DNA from: Octopus sinensis
Taxonomy: Eukaryota
NCBI RefSeq assembly: GCF_006345805.1
Contig: NC_043020.1
Span: forward strand, 10,726,001-10,790,000
DNA: 64,000 nucleotides
Direction: 5' to 3'
Shown here: piece after piece, positions 49,588 to 62,705 of the stretch
Numbering within the stretch: the first letter of the stretch is position 1
Layout of the letters: every line of letters begins with the position of its first letter
The notes under the pieces: generated by a model
Databases searched by the model: none
What the model was told of the DNA's origin: nothing
The model's input: the letters and a program-made list of their open reading frames with translations, nothing else
Position numbers and translations under genes: made by a program

Positions 49588-52432
49588 ATGCCTGACTTGC
49601 ACTCGTTCGTCCAACACCTTCAATCCCTCCTCAGCCGCTACCTCGCGTTCTTCCCCCCACAATGTTCCGCACCTGCTATAAAACTTTCCCGCTTGCTTTT
49701 TAAGAAAACCCGCCACTCTAGTCATCTTTCCTTTCTTAGCCGGTGCCTCCGCCATCATGTCACACCCCGCGGTTTCCTCTTGAAGTTCCACGCTACCCCC
49801 TATTCCTCCCCCTTCATCGAACCCACCCTCGCTCGGACCTCCCGCTCCCTCCTCCGCGCCACCATCCGCTCCACCCGCCCCCTCCTTGACTCCTCGACCA
49901 TCAACTTCCCCAGGCCTACCTCCTTCTCTCCGCCCTCTGCCCTCCACTCTTCACCCAACCTATCCTCCGCTTCATTCTTAATCTCAACCACCAACTCTAC
50001 AACCACCTCACACACACAAAAAACAAAAAACTCCACCTCCTCCTCAACCCGTCACCCCCTTCCCCATCCTCCCCCACTGTTCCCCCCCCTCCTTCGCACC
50101 TACCCCACCCTTCCACGGACCCCCCCACCGTGACCTTCCTACGCCTAACCCATCTTCACCCAACCACCCCTACCCTCCCCTTCACACCCCTGCACCCCCT
50201 CCGCCTGCCCCTAGTCCTCCCACCACCCCGCTTCCTCGCGCTGTTGTCACTATACCCCCCCACCTCCCCCTCTCCGCCGCTGAGCGCTCCCTCCTCAGTA
50301 AAGGTCTCCGCTTCACGCCACTCACGCGCCACTGTGATGTTCGAGACTCGGGCGGACGTCAACCTGTTCCTGCGCCGCCTCAAACTTCGCGCATACTACC
50401 ACGCGTCCCCGCAGCGTCAAAACAATCAGGATTGCTTTTGGAGCTGGGGCGTCGTCCATCCATCTGGACGCCGCCCCCAGGCCTTTTCAGTAGCCTAGAT
50501 TCGTTTGTACATGACTGCAACGCTTTGGTCCACCGTTTCAACTTTGAACCAAGACCCCGCCGAGCCAACCTCACTCGGGCCGAATCCATTGCCCTTCGCC
50601 ACCTCCGCCGTCGTGATGACATTGTCATCAAACCGGCGGACAAAGGCGGGGCAGTGGTAGTGTGGCGCGCGGACCTATACAGGGAGGAAGCGCTCAACCA
50701 GCTTCAAAATCCACTCTTCTATCGCCTCCTCCCCTCCGATCCCACCTCCTCCTACCAACAACGAGTGTCCTCCACCATCCACGACCTCATCTCCTCCTCC
50801 GCTCTCCCCCTCACCGCCACCAACCTCATCGTCCGCACACCCCGCACCTCCACCATCTACTTCCTTCCCAAGATCCATAAACCCTCTAATCCTGGCCGTC
50901 CCATAGTCTCTGCCTGTAATTGCCCCACTGAACTCATCTCCCTATACCTCGACCGCATCCTGTCCCCCTTAGTCGCAGCCCTCCCATCCCACATACACGA
51001 CACCAACCACGCCCTCCGTCTCTTCAATTCCTTTTCCTTCCCTTCCAGCCCCTCACACCTCCTCTTCACTTTAGATGTAAAATCCCTGTACACAGTGATT
51101 CCCCACAATGACGGTCTCCTAGCCCTCCAACACTTCCTCGACCGTCGTCCCGACCCCACCCCCAGCACCCCCACCCTTCTCCGTTTGGCCGAGCTCGTCC
51201 TCACCCTCAATTGCTTCACGTTCGCCGGGGAAACGTACCAACAGGTGTCCGGGGTCGCGATGGGAACTAGGATGGGCCCCAATTTCGCCAGTCTCTTTCT
51301 TGGCTACATTGAGGCCCAAGTGTTCTCCCAGTTCTCTGGGCCGACCCCCGAACTATACGGTCGCTATATCGACGACTGCGTAGGTGCCACCTCCCTTTCC
51401 GTGAACTTCTCTGCCAATTCATCTCTTTCCTTTCCAACTTTCACCCCCCCTTCAATTCACCTCCACCATCTCCAACACCTCTGTCAACTTCCTTGACATC
51501 TCTCTCCGCATCGATCACCCCTCCAGATCTCTCACCACCACCGCCTTTTTTAAACCTACGGATTCCCACCTCTATCTCAACTTCTCTTCCTCCCACCCCT
51601 TCCACACCAAACGAGCCATCCCCTACTCCCAGTTCCTCCGCCTCCGACGTTTGTGCAGCCGCGACCAGGATTTCGAGACCCAATCTCAATACCTGGCCCG
51701 CATGTTCAGACTCCGAGGTTACCCACCCATACTCCTCTCTGATGCCCTCACCCGCGCCCGTCGCATCGACCGCACTACCACCGCCCTGTCTCCTTCCCCC
51801 CGCCCACCCCCCAACCGCACCCCCTTCCCCCTCCTTTTCCACCCCTCTACCCTACCCCTTCGTCGCAAGATACTACGTGCCTTCCGTCGCCTCCAGCTTG
51901 ATCCCACCACCCGCCCCATTTTCCCTAACCTACCCCTGTCCTCTTTCAAACGAGCCCGCAATCTGCGTGACCTCCTGGTCCACAGCACCCTCTCTCCTTC
52001 CCCCTCAGCCCCACACGGATCATTCCCTTGCTCTAGATCCCGCTGCAACACTTGCCCCTTCATCACCAACACCACCGCTGTCACCGGCTCCAACCTGCAC
52101 ACTGTACGCATTAGGCACTCTTTTACGTGCACCTCGTCTGGCCTTATTTACTGCATTAAATGCAACCTATGCGGGATGCTGTATGTAGGACAGACGGGAC
52201 GCCGGTTGTCCGACCGTTTCACTGAGCACTTAAGGGACGTTCGCCTACACTCTCTTTCTCTCCCGTCGCACGCCACTTCCGTTCGGCCGGCCATTCCCTA
52301 GATGACATCTCAGTGTTTGGTCTCGCCCCCCACCAAGGTCGCCCACTTTCCAGGCTCCACTTGGAGCAACGCTACATCTTCACCCTACAAACTACCACCC
52401 CACACGGACTTAACACAGCCCCCTCCTCTTGA
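49588..52432 (+). pseudogene. PLE polyprotein (N-terminal domain, reverse transcriptase, GIY-YIG endonuclease), broken by several frameshifts
   Basis: ATG at 49588 (MPDLHSF...HLSFLSRCLRHHVTPRG). RT motifs: IVIKPADKGGAVVVW, YFLPKIHK...PGRPIVS, FTLDVKSLYT, GVAMGTRMGPNFA, YGRYIDD. Endonuclease: CSRSRCNTC...FTCTSSGLIYCIKCNLCGMLYVGQTGRRLSDRFTEH. Ends TPHGLNTAPSS-TGA at 52430-52432. Confidence 0.92.
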
Positions 52433-54639
52433 GATCTGTTTTTTTTTTTTTTTTTTTTTTGCACACCACCCACACACACACACCCACCTGCCTCCCCCAC
52501 GCACACACCACCCACCTACCTCCCACACACACCCAACCACCTACCTCCCACACGCCTGTTCACACACACACATACGCAGACCCATTTACGTACATACATT
52601 CACACATTTAATCACACACACTTACAGACATACTAGCACACACTAACATACAAACCAACATGCACATACACACACACATACATACATACGCACACACATA
52701 CATACTTACACACACACACACACACACAGACATACATACACACATACACACACACATACATACGCACATACATACACACACACTCACACACACACACACA
52801 CCGCACGTACATACTTCACACACACACATGCAAACATACATGTAGGCACATACATACATACATGCCCACACATGCACACCCTTACACTGAATGCACACAC
52901 ACATACACCTTTTTGCATCCAGGCAGCCCCCCCTCTTTTCTGCTTTCCGGTTTTGGCTGATGGATCCTCGGTTCCCGCGTAGCGGGGCGTTCGAGGGCCT
53001 TTGCGCTCGCGCGCCTTGGCGCGCGCTGGGGGCTTGGTCGGCCCCTTGGGCTTGCGTTGTACTGCTTGTGCGTTGTGTGCGTGAGCGCGCTTTGTGCGTG
53101 TGGGCTTGCTTCGGATGTGCGCGTACGTATGTATGCATACATACCCACACACTCGCATGCATCCCTACCCACATACATACACGCACACATACTCACACAC
53201 ACACATACACACACATACCTGCACACACACACACATACATACATACACATACATACCTACTTCAGACATACACACACACAGACATACACCCATACACTCA
53301 CACTCACACGCATACACACACACACATACACACGCACACGTACACATACACACACACACACACACCTACATACATACATTACACTTGTATACACACACAC
53401 TTACATTCATACACACACACACCTACACAGCCATACCCTCATTCAGACACACACATCTACCTACACACACACAAACACACACGGACACACACCCATACAT
53501 ACATACATCTACACACACACGCCTACACACATACATACACACTACATAAAAACACACACACATATACATATACACACATACGCACACACACATATACTTA
53601 TACACATGCACACACACACACACATACATACATACACCCATATACATACATACACACATACCCACATACTCCTATACGCACATACATACACAAAGACATA
53701 CACACTTACACACTCACACAAACATACACACACACATACTTACACACACACTCACCTGCACGCGCACACACATGCATGACAAACACCCATACACTCACAC
53801 TCACATACGTACACACCAACATAACACGCACACGCACACACACACCTACACTCCCACACACATACACACGCACCTACATACACACACGCACGCATACACA
53901 CGCACACACACATACATTACACACGTACACACACACCCACATACACATGCATACACACACACACACAAACATGCACGGACACACCCAGACATACACCTAT
54001 ATACACACGCCCACACACGTACATACACACACATATACACACGCCCACACACCTACATACACACACATACATACACACACATACACGGACACACCCACAC
54101 ATACTTACATACATACACCTATACACACACGCCTACACACCTACATACACACACATGCATACACACACACACACATGTACGCACATACACACACATATAC
54201 GCACATACATATATACCCACACACATGCACACACACACACACATACGCACATGCATGCATGCATGCACACGCGCACACCTACACGCATACACACACACAC
54301 GCACGTACACATACATACATACACACACGCATACATACACCATACACATACATGCATCCGACACACACATACATACACACTCACACATACATACACACAC
54401 ACTTACTCACACACCTGTATGTACGCGCACACACATGCACATACACACACTTCCCCACACCCACACGTACATACATACACACTCACACACATACACACAC
54501 ACACACGGACATACATCTATGCACACACATACATACACACATACTCACATACATTCATCGCACACACTGCCACCCAGACATACACACAGACACACTCACA
54601 CATCCACACACATACATACGTACGCGCATACTCGCAGGC

Positions 54640-55516
54640 ACGCGCACATACGCACTTACGCCGGCTCGCGTTGCATACGCGTCGCATACACCTCGCCCTT
54701 GGACCTGACGAGACCTCCCGCCCGTTCCTGGGACCGTCGCGTGTCGTTGGGTTTTCCCACGCCTGTCTCCGCGGTACCACTCTTCCATCTTCCCCTCAGC
54801 TGGAGTCCTTTTTCCTTAACCCCCCCCCCTTTTCGTTACACACACGCGCACACATATACACACCTTGCCTATATATATACATCACTCTTACACACACATT
54901 CAATCTACTCATTAATACCACCACGACACTGGACACACACACACACACACTACTACTCAACACACGCTGGCACGCTACATACGCCCCCACCCCTTCCCCT
55001 CCCTCCCTTCCTCCTTCTTTTTTTCTTACTACTGACCTCCCTTCCTCCTTCCTTCTTTTTCTTGTCTGCTAGCTGACCACTAGTCTCTCCCTACACGCCT
55101 ACACACAGACGCACACACTAACACACACCATATATTTTTTTGTTTTTTCATCTCGCCTCACACACACACATACACACACGCACATGCACACACTCACACA
55201 TACACACACATCTGTTGGGTTACCAACCTTGTCTCCACTCTTTTGCCTTTAAAAACCCACTTTGCTCTTGTTATCGTCAACATCCGCCTTTCACCATGTG
55301 CAACTCGTAAACACCAGTCGTCTTTTTTTTTTCTTTCCCTGTTGCCCGCTCTGGGATCTTTCTTTCCTCTCTCTTCCTTCTTTATGTTTCCGACGAAGAG
55401 CTCCGCTCGAAACGTCATACCTCCCTGCTTCCATCTCCTGAGCGCCTATTAATAATAATACTGTAATTGTTCCTGTTGTTGTTGTTTTTTTGTTTCCCTT
55501 TTGGATTAAAATTATA
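54640..55516 (+). repeat. PLE 3' pseudo-LTR (direct repeat 2)
   Basis: Near-identical to 48398-49272; differences are mostly small indels in simple repeats. Confidence 0.92.
55386..55420 (+). ncRNA. Minimal type-I hammerhead ribozyme in PLE 3' pLTR
   Basis: GTTT CCGACGA a GAGC-tcc-GCTC GAAA C GTC^ATAC. U4C core variant; stem III reduced to palindromic ACGU, the dimer-type form known from PLEs. Confidence 0.82.
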
Positions 55517-55522
55517 TGTATA

Positions 55523-55601
<79 letters not shown>

Positions 55602-55675
55602 GTATGTATATATATATATGTATGTATATATGTATGTATGTATATATGTATGTATGTATGTATGTATATAATATA

Positions 55676-55758
<83 letters not shown>

Positions 55759-56125
55759 TCATAGATATGTATATGTGAAGGCGCATGGTTCAGTGGTTAG
55801 AGCATTGAACTTACAACCATGAGGTTGTGAGCTCAAATCCCGGAGTGGACTGTATGTTGTGTTCTTGAGCAAGACACTTTATTTCATGTTGCTCCAGTTC
55901 ACTCAGCTGTAGAAATGAGTTGCGATGTTACTGGTGCCAAGCTGTATCGGCCCCTTTGCCTTTCCCTTGGATAACACTGGTGGCATGGAGAGGGGAGGCT
56001 GGTATGCATGGGCGACTGCTGGTCTTCCATAAACAACCTTGCCCGAACTTGTGCCTCAGAGGCTAACTTTCTAGATGCAATCCCATGGTCAGTCATGACC
56101 GAAGAGGGTCTCCAATATGTGTGTA

Positions 56126-56997
56126 TACTGAAGATTAGAGGCTTTGAACGACCCGTCCGTTTTTTGTGTCGTCTATCTGAATGTTTTGCGTTCTTGTCCC
56201 ATTTTGTATTTTTATATATATTTCTTATACATACATTATTGCGGCGTAACATACACCTTGTTCTCTTCTATGTATGTAAACATCCCACTACTTGTACTAC
56301 TTCTACACACACTTTCTCTATACTTCACTAGTCTCTGTCTTTCTCTTTTCTCGCCTCTGATTCCTTGGTCTCCTCTTCCCCCACTCTCTCACATTTCTCT
56401 GTCTTTCTCACTTTGCACCTCACTGACCCTGCCCTTCTGTTGTCTCACCAATCCTTGGCACGCTCTCTTTCTTCTCCCCTCTTTAATTCCTTCTTTCTCT
56501 CTCTTCTCCCTCTCTTTGGTGCCTTTGTCCCTCTTTTTCTCTCTCTCTTTGATTCCTTTGCCCCCTTTTTTTTCTCTCTCTTCTCCTCTCATGTGACCGC
56601 CGGTCAACTAGCCTTTCGGCTTCCGAGCACCACCACGACAACACCGGTTTCTTCGTCTGCCGTAAGGCATTATTTTCCAAATACGCCAGCTAAGCTAAGT
56701 TGAACTGTCTAAAGTCGAAAGACACCTGTTGTTTTTGTTCTGTTATTATTATCATTGTTTTTTGTATTTATATTCGTGTAACATCGTCCGTTTTTCTGTC
56801 CTTGTTTCGAAATCTAATGCTTATAGCTTAGTTTTTCCTTGGGGCTGGCCAGATCGGAGCGATCTCAAGATTAATCAGCCGAAATTGCGAGGATGATCCG
56901 GTTCTTGACTGAAGATTAGAGGCTTCAAATGACCTGTCCGTTTTTTTTGTTGTCTATTTGAATGTTTTGCATTCTTGTCCCATTTTGCATTTTTATA

Positions 56998-57005
<8 letters not shown>
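56126..57005 (+). mobile_element. Non-coding direct-repeat-bounded element, copy B (diverged relative of copy A)
   Basis: About 100-bp direct repeats (56126-56220 and 56909-57005). Shares attattgcggcgt, tctaaagtcg..gacacc and the ribozyme-like block with copy A. Confidence 0.7.
56843..56915 (+). ncRNA. Candidate permuted/pseudoknotted hammerhead ribozyme, copy B
   Basis: GGCTG..GCGAT C^TCAAGA..CAGCC GAAA TTGC..TCTTGA CTGAAGA. Compensatory indels relative to copy A in two helices. Confidence 0.6.
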
Positions 57006-57055
<50 letters not shown>

Positions 57056-57086
57056 ACTATATATATAAGTATATATATACATATAT

Positions 57087-57126
<40 letters not shown>

Positions 57127-57178
57127 ACTATATATATAAGTATATATATACATATATACACATATATATATATATATA

Positions 57179-57220
<42 letters not shown>

Positions 57221-58057
57221 CACATATATATACTTATATCAAAGCCTTGTAAGTGGACTTCGTTGATAGAAATCTAAAAAAGTCTTTTCTATATATCGTG
57301 TGTGTGTGTGTGTGTGTGTGTGTTTGTGTTTCTGCTTGTCCCACATCACCATTTGACAAGCGTTGGTGTGTTTATGCCTGCATAACTTAGTCCTTCATCA
57401 AAGAGACTGACAGAGTAAGTTTCTAGGCTTAAAAAGTAAGTCCTGGGGTTGAACTTTTCGACCGAAAACCCGTTACGGTGGTGCTCCAGCAAGGCCACAG
57501 TCAGATGACCGAAAAGAGTAAAAGAATATATGTATGTGTATTTGAAGAGAGACACACAGACGTATGTATATACCACATCCCAGAACATACATGGTTTATA
57601 GGAGATAAGAATCATTTGTCGTGAACAATGGAATTCCCATATCATTTGATTTCATCAGTGGTTGAAAAGATGCAGATATTCTGTACGCTGTGGCAGTGGG
57701 ATTTGACTGGCTTGTGGTGACCGGATGCTCTCCAATGATGATTTCTATGTAGAAGGATATCACATGATACGAGAACCCATGACAGACAATTCCTTTCTAC
57801 TTCAAGGTACTTGTTGCATTTAGGCACTAGGCACTTATATGAGAAGATCTCTTAAGGCTAATAACTCTTTTACTTGTTTCAGTCATTTGACTGCGGCCAT
57901 GCTAGAGCACCGCCTTTAGTCGAGCAAATCGACCCCGAGACTTATTCTTTGTAAGCCCAGTACTTATTCTATCGGTCTCTTTTACCAAACCGCTAAGTGA
58001 CGGGGACGTAAACACACCAGCATCGGTTGTCAAGCAATGCTAGGGAGACAAACACAA

Positions 58058-58103
<46 letters not shown>

Positions 58104-58527
58104 CAGGCTTCTTTCAGTTTCTGTCTACCAAATCCACTCACAAGGCTTTGGTCGGCCCGAGGCTATAGTAGAAGACACTTGCCCAAGATGCCACGCAGTG
58201 GGACTGAATCCGGAACCATGTGGTTGGTTAGCAAGCTACTTACCACACAGCCACTCCTGCGCCTATTTAAATATATATCTGTGTCTGTGTCTCTGTCTGT
58301 CTGTCTCTCTCTTTCTCTCTCTGTCCTTGTATCGATGATTGTGAGTGCCTCAGTCATACAAGTGATATGGTTCATTTCCATTCTTCCATAATAACATATT
58401 CAAACTATGTATGTTATCTTGCTTGAAACAGATAAGCGCTGGCAACAGGGAAGGTATCTGGCAACAGAAAATCTACCTCTATGAATTTCATCTGAACCAT
58501 GCAAACATGAAAAAATTTTACTTTCTA

Positions 58528-58889
58528 CTAGCACTATGACCCATGCATATACAGCTGCGTGCGTGCGCACATACACGCGAGTACTGTCCAAATCTCCGAC
58601 CAATCACATACAGCTAGCTGGCATTCAATTGGCGTATCAAGTTTCGGGCATTTTGATTGGGTTTTGGATAGAATATTCACAAAAAAGTCACTTCTATTGA
58701 TTTTTTTAATGGCTTTGCGGGGTGACTGAGGAAATGTAAAGATGTGCACGACCACCCTTGGACGGTTTTGAATGACCTTAGAAAGTGCGAGCCCTCTAGC
58801 TGAAAAATTGTGGATTTGTGTAAAGGACATGCACACACACACACACACACACACATAGACAGACATTTTGCCATTTATATATATTGAGA
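58528..58889 (-). mobile_element. Non-autonomous Helitron, family 2 (hairpin partly deleted)
   Basis: A|TC...CTAG|T ends; interior highly similar to 25271-25625. Confidence 0.75.
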
Positions 58890-60584
58890 TGTTCAGTCAT
58901 TAGACTGCAGGTATGGTAAGGCACCACCATGAAGAAATTTTAGTCGAACGAATCAACACCAGCACTTATTTTCCATTTTTTTAAAGCTTGGTACTAATTG
59001 TATAAACCTCTTTTTCCAAATCACTAAGTTATGGGGATGTAAACACACCAACACTGGTTGTCGAGCAGTTGAGGGTGAGTTCAAATGCAAACACACACAC
59101 ACACACACACACACACCTTGAGCTTCTTTCAATTTCTGTCAACAAAATCCACTCATAAGGTTTTCATTGGCTAAGGCTATAGTAGAAGACACTTACCCAA
59201 AGTACCCGTTTCTTTACTACCCACAAGGGGCTAAACACAGAGGGGACAAACAAGGACAGACATAGGTATTAAGTCGATTACATCGACCCAAGTGCGTAAC
59301 TGGTACTTATTTAATTGACCCCGAAAGGATGAAAGACAAAGTCGACCTCGGCGGAATTTGAACTCAGAACGTAGCGCCAGACGAAATACCGCTAAGCATT
59401 TCGTGCACCGTGCTAATGTTTCTGCCAGCTCGCCGCCTTTGTACTACCCAAAGTACCACATAGTGGGACCGTATCCATGCATGCACACATACACACACAC
59501 ACAGATCTGGTATCCCGTGTGAATTTTCTTTTAAGATAATTAGTTTAACATATAATTCATATACAACAACATGAGATGCAGTACAAAGTTTTGTCAGTGA
59601 ACAGGTCGCGGTTTCAAAGTTTTGTCAGTGAACAGGTCGCGGTCTCAAAGCAACGAAAATATTTTGACAAATTAAATTTAAATGTTGAAGTGAATCTAGC
59701 GGTTTTGTGTGTTTCTTAAATGGCTTATAAACACCTTCCACGCTGCAATTGTTTTCGTTCCAGCACACAATCTCAGATCAAGTCACTTGCTATGCAAGTA
59801 CATCTCCGTAATAATTCACATAAAAACCCATTTATTGTATGAGAAACCATTTATATTGTATGAGAAGTGTCCAAGTTCGTAGAAACATGAAAAGACTTGG
59901 GAAAACATTCTTGTATAGGGACAAAACAAATTTCTCTCTCTTCCAACAATGACACAACAACTGCACTTAGAAACACAATGTTATTCGTCTCCTTCTTGCA
60001 CAATAACTTGATTAAAAGCATGAATCATTACAAGTACTAGACCTCACAATGCTTCATGACGGTTTCTGCTCACCACTTGTGCATAACATAGCAAAAAAAA
60101 AAAACAAAAAAAACATGGGAACTGCATACTGGAAACCAACCTTCCTTTTTTAAAACATACAAAATATACTTTATTGTTATTCAGCTGCTAACACTCTATA
60201 AGACTCAAACCACACAATGGAGTGTTGTTTTCACATCCTGGAAGATGTTACTGTTACATAAAACAAACACAAATATCCTGACTTATTTGAACCTTTAGCT
60301 TGTCCTAAGCATGACATGTGAAACCCAAGAAAAGCATATTTATCTGGTATCTGTGTCAATGGTTTTTCAACATCCAGGTGTAACTTGAGACTTATGAAAG
60401 GAAAGTTTTATATTACTCGAGAATCTGAGAACAAGCACGGATTCATAGGAGGAAAAAATTAAGAAAAAAGCTGAGGACAGCAAAAATGGTTAAAAGATCC
60501 TCTAATTGGGTGTCAGTGACCAAAATCTTGTCTCTTCTTTCTACTTATTTTTATTACTCCTACAATGATCCCTTCAGCAACTAG

Positions 60585-62204
60585 TTACCTACCATGCCCA
60601 CCCATGATGAATCAACAAACTCAGCTCTCTACAGCTTCTAGATCCCAGCTCTGCTAGCCAGAAATAGATGTCAATTACCTACCATGCCCACCCATGATGA
60701 ATCAACAAACTCAGCTCTCTACAGCTTCTAGATCCCAGCTCTGCTAGCCAGAAATAGATGTCAATTACCTACCATGCCCACCCATGATGAATCAACAAAC
60801 TCAGCTCTCTACAGCTTCTAGATCACAGCTCTGCTAGCCAGAAATAGATGTCAATTACCTACCATGCCCACCCATGATGAATCAACAAACTCAGCTCTCT
60901 ACAGCTTCTAGATCCCAGCTCTGCTGGCCAGAAATAGATGTCAATTACCTACCATGCCCACCCATGATGAATCAACAAACTCAGCTCTCTACAGCTTCTA
61001 GATCCCAGCTCTGCTAGCCAGAAATAGATGTCAATTACCTACCATGCCCACCCATGATGAATCAACAAACTCAGCTCTCTACAGCTTCTAGATCACAGCT
61101 CTGCTAGCCAGAAATAGATGTCAATTACCTACCATGCCCACCCATGATGAATCAACAAACTCAGCTCTCTACAGCTTCTAGATCACAGCTCTGCTAGCCA
61201 GAAATAGATGTCAATTACCTACCATGCCCACCCATGATGAATCAACAAACTCAGCTCTCTACAGCTTCTAGATCCCAGCTCTGCTGGCCAGAAATAGATG
61301 TCAATTACCTACCATGCCCACCCATGATGAATCAACAAACTCAGCTCTCTACAGCTTCTAGATCCCAGCTCTGCTAGCCAGAAATAGATGTCAATTACCT
61401 ACCATGCCCACCCATGATGAATCAACAAACTCAGCTCTCTACAGCTTCTAGATCCCAGCTCTGCTAGCCAGAAATAGATGTCAATTACCTACCATGCCCA
61501 CCCATGATGAATCAACAAACTCAGCTCTCTACAGCTTCTAGATCCCAGCTCTGCTAGCCAGAAATAGATGTCAATTACCTACCATGCCCACCCATGATGA
61601 ATCAACAAACTCAGCTCTCTACAGCTTCTAGATCCCAGCTCTGCTAGCCAGAAATAGATGTCAATTACCTACCATGCCCACCCATGATGAATCAACAAAC
61701 TCAGCTCTCTACAGCTTCTAGATCCCAGCTCTGCTGGCCAGAAATAGATGTCAATTACCTACCATGCCCACCCATGATGAATCAACAAACTCAGCTCTCT
61801 ACAGCTTCTAGATCCCAGCTCTGCTAGCCAGAAATAGATGTCAATTACCTACCATGCCCACCCATGATGAATCAACAAACTCAGCTCTCTACAGCTTCTA
61901 GATCACAGCTCTGCTAGCCAGAAATAGATGTCAATTACCTACCATGCCCACCCATGATGAATCAACAAACTCAGCTCTCTACAGCTTCTAGATCCCAGCT
62001 CTGCTAGCCAGAAATAGATGTCAATTACCTACCATGCCCACCCATGATGAATCAACAAACTCAGCTCTCTACAGCTTCTAGATCCCAGCTCTGCTGGCCA
62101 GAAATAGATGTCAATTACCTACCATGCCCACCCATGATGAATCAACAAACTCAGCTCTCTACAGCTTCTAGATCACAGCGCTGCTAGCCAGAAACAGAAG
62201 TCAA
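60585..62204. repeat. 90-bp minisatellite, 18 copies
   Basis: Unit ttacctaccatgcccacccatgatgaatcaacaaactcagctctctacagcttctagatcccagctctgctagccagaaatagatgtcaa. Apart from the last unit, only two variable positions (ccc/cac, tag/tgg). Confidence 0.97.
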
Positions 62205-62451
62205 TTCCCATACCCTATTGTCTTCAAACAAATGGAAAGGACGCACAAGACATTTTTCCACAGCCATTTTGGTGCTGTTGAATCAATGCTGAATTATTTG
62301 CAAGCAGACATTTTAATGTTTCACTGGTTTTTCTCTCTCTTTCTGCTCTCGCCTTATGTGTGTGAACATATTTCTATTTATGTGTCTGAGGAGATGGAAA
62401 GTGTGTATGGTGAGCCAGAGGACTGTGTCAAGTTCCACTGCCTGTTTTGGT

Positions 62452-62705
62452 ATAATAATAATGTGTACAGTGCTCAGGTGCACTACAACTCATCTAAAGT
62501 GTATATATAATCAGGTGTAGTTTCGGCGGATTTCGGAAAGCATGAGGGCCTTAAAGGATGCAGTTTCATGGCAGTCAACAACTGACGCAGGCAGTTTATT
62601 CCATGCTTCAGCAACTCTGAGCGTGAAAAAATGTTTCCGAAAGTCATGGGAGCTGTGTTGTTTTCTGACTTTGTAGGCATGTCCACGTGTGTTAGACACA
62701 TGGAG
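62452..62705 (-). mobile_element. CR1-type LINE 3' fragment
   Basis: TRGHAYKVRKQHSSHDFRKHFFTLRVAEAWNKLP. Confidence 0.85.

Larger units (their letters stand above)
48398..55516 (+). mobile_element. Penelope-like retroelement (Neptune-type), near full length, with direct pseudo-LTRs
   Basis: RT plus C-terminal GIY-YIG ORF. About 875-bp direct repeats at both ends, each with a hammerhead motif. 3' end runs into (TA)n. Strongly C-rich sense strand. Confidence 0.93.

Noticed and set aside
49483-52132. Gly/Glu/Arg-rich ORFs antisense to the PLE
   Set aside because: By-product of the extreme C-skew of the sense strand; no motifs.
52891-55076. Long His/Thr-rich ORFs (605 aa, 434 aa and others)
   Set aside because: They are translations of (CA)/(TACA) microsatellite, which lacks stop codons; no protein-like composition.
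60585-62204. 90-bp array as a coding repeat, duplicated TONSL exon or CRISPR
   Set aside because: Each unit has a stop in all six frames, there are no variable spacers, and the context is eukaryotic.
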